Assembly (NCBI GenBank): GCA_963719515.1
Contig: CAVRCJ010000010.1
Span: forward strand, 352,001 to 416,000
Reading direction: 5' to 3'
DNA: 64,000 nt
Source of the DNA: an uncultured cyanobacterium
GTDB taxonomy: Bacteria > Cyanobacteriota > Cyanobacteriia > CAKZMO01
Shown: piece after piece, positions 59,249 to 64,000 of the stretch
Layout: the number at the start of each line of letters is the position of its first letter
How positions within the stretch are numbered: the first letter of the stretch is position 1
The notes under the pieces: generated by a model
Database searches by the model: none
Told to the model about the DNA's origin: nothing
The model's input: only the letters and a program-made list of their open reading frames with translations
Made by a program: the position numbers and the translations under genes

Positions 59249-59799
59249 CGCCGCCCAATTTCCGTGATGCTATCTCCAGGCGAGTGGTTGACGGGACGAC
59301 AGGCCGTAAAAAACTCCAGCGTCAAATCCCCTATCTGCACCAGCGCGCCGTCCTGGAGCCCTTGGCGCTTTCCGGCTTCAAGAGAGGTTTGGTCGACGCG
59401 CGTTCCGTTTCGGCTTCCCAAATCCATCACAAAAAAACCGTCTTCAGGGTGGTAGCCAATCACGGCATGCCGGCGGGACACTGAACGCTCACCGACGTTA
59501 ATCGCGCAGGTAGCCCCCCGCCCGATTAACCAGCTTGAGGCGGGTTGGGTCGCGTAGATTTTTGCGCCGACGTCGATGTTCGTCGTTAAGAACACCTCCC
59601 GGTCAACGGACACCGCCTGAATGTAGTGTTTCGCAGATTGACAGCGCCTATGAGCCGAGAGGACGGGCTCCATAATTTGAGTAACGCTTTGAGCAGTCCG
59701 ATTTCCGTCTGCAAGGAGAGAGTTAGACAACGCTGGGTTTTGCTTGAGAATGTGCAAAACGACGTCGTCAATTTGATTAGAGTTTTGGTTTAGCAACAT
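59236..59799 (-). CDS. FHA-domain protein
   Basis: WLIGR, SVSRRHA, MDLGSRNGT, LQDGALVQIG. Confidence 0.9.
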   Translation of the reverse strand: MLLNQNSNQIDDVVLHILKQNPALSNSLLADGNRTAQSVTQIMEPVLSAHRRCQSAKHYIQAVSVDREVFLTTNIDVGAKIYATQPASSWLIGRGATCAINVGERSVSRRHAVIGYHPEDGFFVMDLGSRNGTRVDQTSLEAGKRQGLQDGALVQIGDLTLEFFTACRPVNHSPGDSITEIGRRIGT

Positions 59800-60213
59800 A
59801 ACTCGCTGGTTATCTAACGTTTAGGTGATTGGCCGTACAGCAGGTGCATTCCAGCAGCGCTACAGGCAAAAATTGCCCCTGTCACAGAGGAGCGATGTAG
59901 ATGACACCTAAATTGCGGATGGCTGATGCAGCAGCCGTGGACCACGCCGACTACGATCACGGTGGGCCCTGATGCGGAAATATTTAGGTGATTTTGGCAC
60001 CTGTCTCCGGATAGATGCAGCGCGTCCGATGACGAATTTCGAAATGCTACGTTTGGTAAACAGACCTATTCAAACTCTAATCTGCAGGTTAGATATTTGA
60101 CAATCTTAGGTACCCGTATATTCACACAACCTTTACGCCGTCCGGGTATATGCAAATTATGCATAAGTATCGGAGCTTTCGCTTATCCTAGGGCGTCGTA
60201 GCTCAGGCGAACG

Positions 60214-61041
60214 TCACCGGAGATCGCCGTGAGTCTCTATGGATAGTGCCGGGATATAGAGGCGAAGCTGCCCTGTCGCCGCGACCCCTCGAACCTGTCC
60301 CTGCGTCTGCTGTCCCTGATGGCTAACAGTAACAGTTTGCCCACGATGGGTCATCCAGGTCTCATAGTCTGGCAAAATGGCGTCGATGCCGTGCCCCAAG
60401 CGGCGTCCGTTGCCGATCGCAAGCCCGGTGAGAACGGTAGCAGCGAGGGTTTCGATAGAGGCAGCCTGTAGCGCGCCGTTGGGCAAGCCCTCTAGGTGGG
60501 CAAGGGATACGCCCCCCGCAGGGACGGCGTTGCGCCAGTTAATGCCTACCCCAACGACGGCCTGGGCTATCCTTTTGCCCGATAGCCGCGTCTCGATCAG
60601 CATTCCGCCCAGCTTCCGCTCTCCAATGACAAAGTCGTTGGGCCACTTTACCCTCACGGGAACGCCAAACTGCCGCAGCGCAGCAGCAACGCCCCAAGCG
60701 CAGCTCAGCATCAGCGGGCCACCGTCAGCGGTCGGTAAGCCAGGAAGCCTCGCTGAGAGATACAGCCCCCCGGTAGGGGACTGCCATTTTCGCCCCCACT
60801 GGCCGCGACCGGCGGACTGACACCGGGCGATCGCCACTGCGGCGGCCACTGCGGCGGCCACTGCGGCGCAGTCACTCGCCTCCTGCGCGGCCTGCTCCCA
60901 AAGGTAGGCGTTGGTTGACGGCACGGTATCCAGCTGATGGACCCTGAATGCTCTGGGGACGGGCGACACGCCCTGAGCTTTCCACTGCTGGACCCAAGGC
61001 TGCAGCGTCGCCGGATTCGGTAGCTCCATTGGTGGTGACAC
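60214..61041 (-). CDS. birA: Biotin--protein ligase (no HTH); 3' end probably frameshifted, intended stop at 60183
   Basis: STN, QSAGRGQWGRKW.SP.GGLYLS, KWPND, KLGGMLIE, GVGIN. Confidence 0.92.
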   Translation of the reverse strand: MSPPMELPNPATLQPWVQQWKAQGVSPVPRAFRVHQLDTVPSTNAYLWEQAAQEASDCAAVAAAVAAAVAIARCQSAGRGQWGRKWQSPTGGLYLSARLPGLPTADGGPLMLSCAWGVAAALRQFGVPVRVKWPNDFVIGERKLGGMLIETRLSGKRIAQAVVGVGINWRNAVPAGGVSLAHLEGLPNGALQAASIETLAATVLTGLAIGNGRRLGHGIDAILPDYETWMTHRGQTVTVSHQGQQTQGQVRGVAATGQLRLYIPALSIETHGDLR

Positions 61042-61132
61042 TCACTAGGGGGACAGGGGGAAAGCATACAATATTCCAAAGACAAGCTCCGCGGCCCCAC
61101 CGTTCAACAGTTCAACATAAATACCCTAAATC

Positions 61133-62059
61133 ATGAGTGACTGGCACTGGCAAAGCTGGCAGGGACGACCCTATCTGACCTGCAGCCTCCTTTCGAGCTG
61201 GAAACACGGGTTTTTTACCCGCCACTGGAGCCCGGCCCTCCCTGAAGCGATCAGCTCGGTGCTGGACTTAGACGCGCAGATCTACCGCGTTAAGCAAGTC
61301 CACGGCGATCGCGTCCTGGTGGCGGACCAAGTTTCGCCTCTGAAGGAAGCGCCTTTGGGCGACCGGCAGGCCGGGGGGAGCGATGACGCTGCGAGTCCTC
61401 CTGCCGGCAGGGTCAGTCACCGCGAGGCGGCGGCTTCTACGGCGGTTCCTGCGGCGGATGGTCTGGTGGCCCACCGGGCTCAGCAGGCGGTTTGGGTAGC
61501 GACTGCGGACTGCGTCCCGGCGCTGATTGGCGATCGCCGTACGGGCCGCGTTGCGGCGGTTCATGCGGGCTGGCGGGGCACGGCGCAGAAAATTTTGCCT
61601 CAGGCAGTGGCCAGGCTGCTGCATCAGGGCAGCCAGCGCCAGGATTTGCGGGTCGCTCTGGGGCCTGCCATTCAGGGGGCGACGTACCAGGTGTCTACCG
61701 CCGTGGCCGCCCGTGTCGGGGCGACCCTCGTGCCGGCCCCGCCAGACATCGACGGGATTTCGGTCTCTCCCCCCAGTGACGCTAGCGCTGCAGAAAATAC
61801 TGCCTCTAGCGAGTCCGTCAGCGACGTCATCGCTCAGCTGCTGCAGCTGCCGCGATCGCCCCTCTCTCTAGACCCAGACCCCGATCGCACCCGGCTAGAC
61901 GTGCGGCAGGTTAACCGTCTGCAGCTAGAGCAGATGGGGCTGGCCCCCGAGCAAATCGCCGCTGCCCCCTACTGCACCTATGAGGACGGGGAAAGATTCT
62001 TTTCGTATCGCCGCGAGGCGCTAAAAAAGGTTCAGTGGTCGGGGATTGTGAGCCGCTAA
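61133..62059 (+). CDS. pgeF: Peptidoglycan editing factor PgeF / YfiH family
   Basis: HGFFTR, KQVHG, ADG, TADCVP, HAGWRG, GPAI, CT, FFSYRR. Confidence 0.93.
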   Translation: MSDWHWQSWQGRPYLTCSLLSSWKHGFFTRHWSPALPEAISSVLDLDAQIYRVKQVHGDRVLVADQVSPLKEAPLGDRQAGGSDDAASPPAGRVSHREAAASTAVPAADGLVAHRAQQAVWVATADCVPALIGDRRTGRVAAVHAGWRGTAQKILPQAVARLLHQGSQRQDLRVALGPAIQGATYQVSTAVAARVGATLVPAPPDIDGISVSPPSDASAAENTASSESVSDVIAQLLQLPRSPLSLDPDPDRTRLDVRQVNRLQLEQMGLAPEQIAAAPYCTYEDGERFFSYRREALKKVQWSGIVSR

Positions 62060-63457
<1,398 letters not shown>

Positions 63458-63497
63458 GCAGTATGCGCGAGGGGGCCGGGGGGAAGCCGGCCCAACG

Positions 63498-63534
63498 GCG
63501 TAATCCCTGCCAGGATTACTTTTGGGGATTACGC
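63498..63534. terminator. Hairpin between the convergent cfa-like gene and small ORF
   Basis: GCGTAATCCC ... GGGATTACGC inverted repeat; a second hairpin GGGCCGG/CCGGCCC lies at 63473-63493. Confidence 0.5.
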
Positions 63535-63565
63535 TCAGAGCTTGCGCTTTAGGTGCGTGAAGCGA

Positions 63566-63847
63566 CTATGTGAGTACGTCGAGCGAACGCAGCCGCATCA
63601 TGTAAAACAGGATCTGCCCCTGGCTGGGGGTGATGTTGACGCCGCTGGGGCCAATCTCGATGGGTCCGGTCCACATGGCCTGCTCGACATAGCGCTTGAT
63701 GTGCAGCCGGTGGATGGTTTCGCGGACGCCTTCGGGGGAGCCGATGATGACGTGGCGGATCACTTCACCGCTGGGACCGGGGTCGGGGGTGGCCAGCAGG
63801 GTGGGTGCTGCCTCGGATTGAGGCAGTTCGGGGTATAAGAATGTCAT
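63566..63847 (-). CDS. Small conserved cyanobacterial hypothetical protein (HxxIGSPxxV..TIH.LH...Y.....W family)
   Basis: IRHVIIGSPEGVRETIHRLHIKRYVEQAMWTGP resembles a family I recall as multi-copy in filamentous cyanobacteria. Confidence 0.75.
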   Translation of the reverse strand: MTFLYPELPQSEAAPTLLATPDPGPSGEVIRHVIIGSPEGVRETIHRLHIKRYVEQAMWTGPIEIGPSGVNITPSQGQILFYMMRLRSLDVLT

Positions 63848-63978
63848 GGGTTTTCTCTTTTTTTGATGGTAAGAAAACCCAAAAACTCGGTCGATCCCTT
63901 GTCTTGGGCGTCTGGGATGGCTGCAGATATTGGATAATACCTGCAGCTCATCGACAGCTCGTGCCTGTCGAAGGGTCA
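63847..63978 (-). ncRNA. Structured 5' leader or cis-regulatory RNA candidate of the small ORF (may extend beyond the window)
   Basis: Four consecutive inverted repeats: 63847-63881, 63894-63918, 63920-63947, 63951-63971. Confidence 0.45.
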
Positions 63979-64000
63979 GGGCGCGATCGCCATCGTTAGT

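Overview
Chromosomal segment of a GC-rich cyanobacterium, judged from dense HIP1 octamers (GCGATCGC) and from psb30, apcF, ndhS and urtABCD; the gene set and style suggest a Leptolyngbya/Nodosilinea-like organism (inference). It is mostly housekeeping: ychF, ygfZ-like, prs, rpiA, rbsK, pheA, a GH57/DUF3536 enzyme, ureEFG-urtABCD, dprA, a polar amino-acid ABC transporter, corA, recA, speDE, lysR/pirin, moeA, rpmG-rpsR-rnb, birA, pgeF, a cfa-like methyltransferase, tRNA-Leu(GAG) and tRNA-Thr(CGT). Main points of interest: (1) an 11-kb PatA-CheY-CheW-MCP-MCP-CheA chemosensory operon whose two receptors share a 9-residue insertion and substitutions at the normally near-invariant signalling hairpin tip; (2) a deletion relic not in the ORF track, in which the start of an O-carbamoyltransferase is fused to the decayed end of an SGNH hydrolase, preceded by a 4 x 25-bp repeat; (3) a small conserved cyanobacterial protein with a multi-hairpin leader that occludes its start site; (4) two apparent single-base frameshifts (a membrane protein gene and the birA 3' end); (5) several short tandem and REP-like repeats. 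No CRISPR array, intact transposase or integrase was seen. All assignments come from reading motifs by eye; no searches were run.
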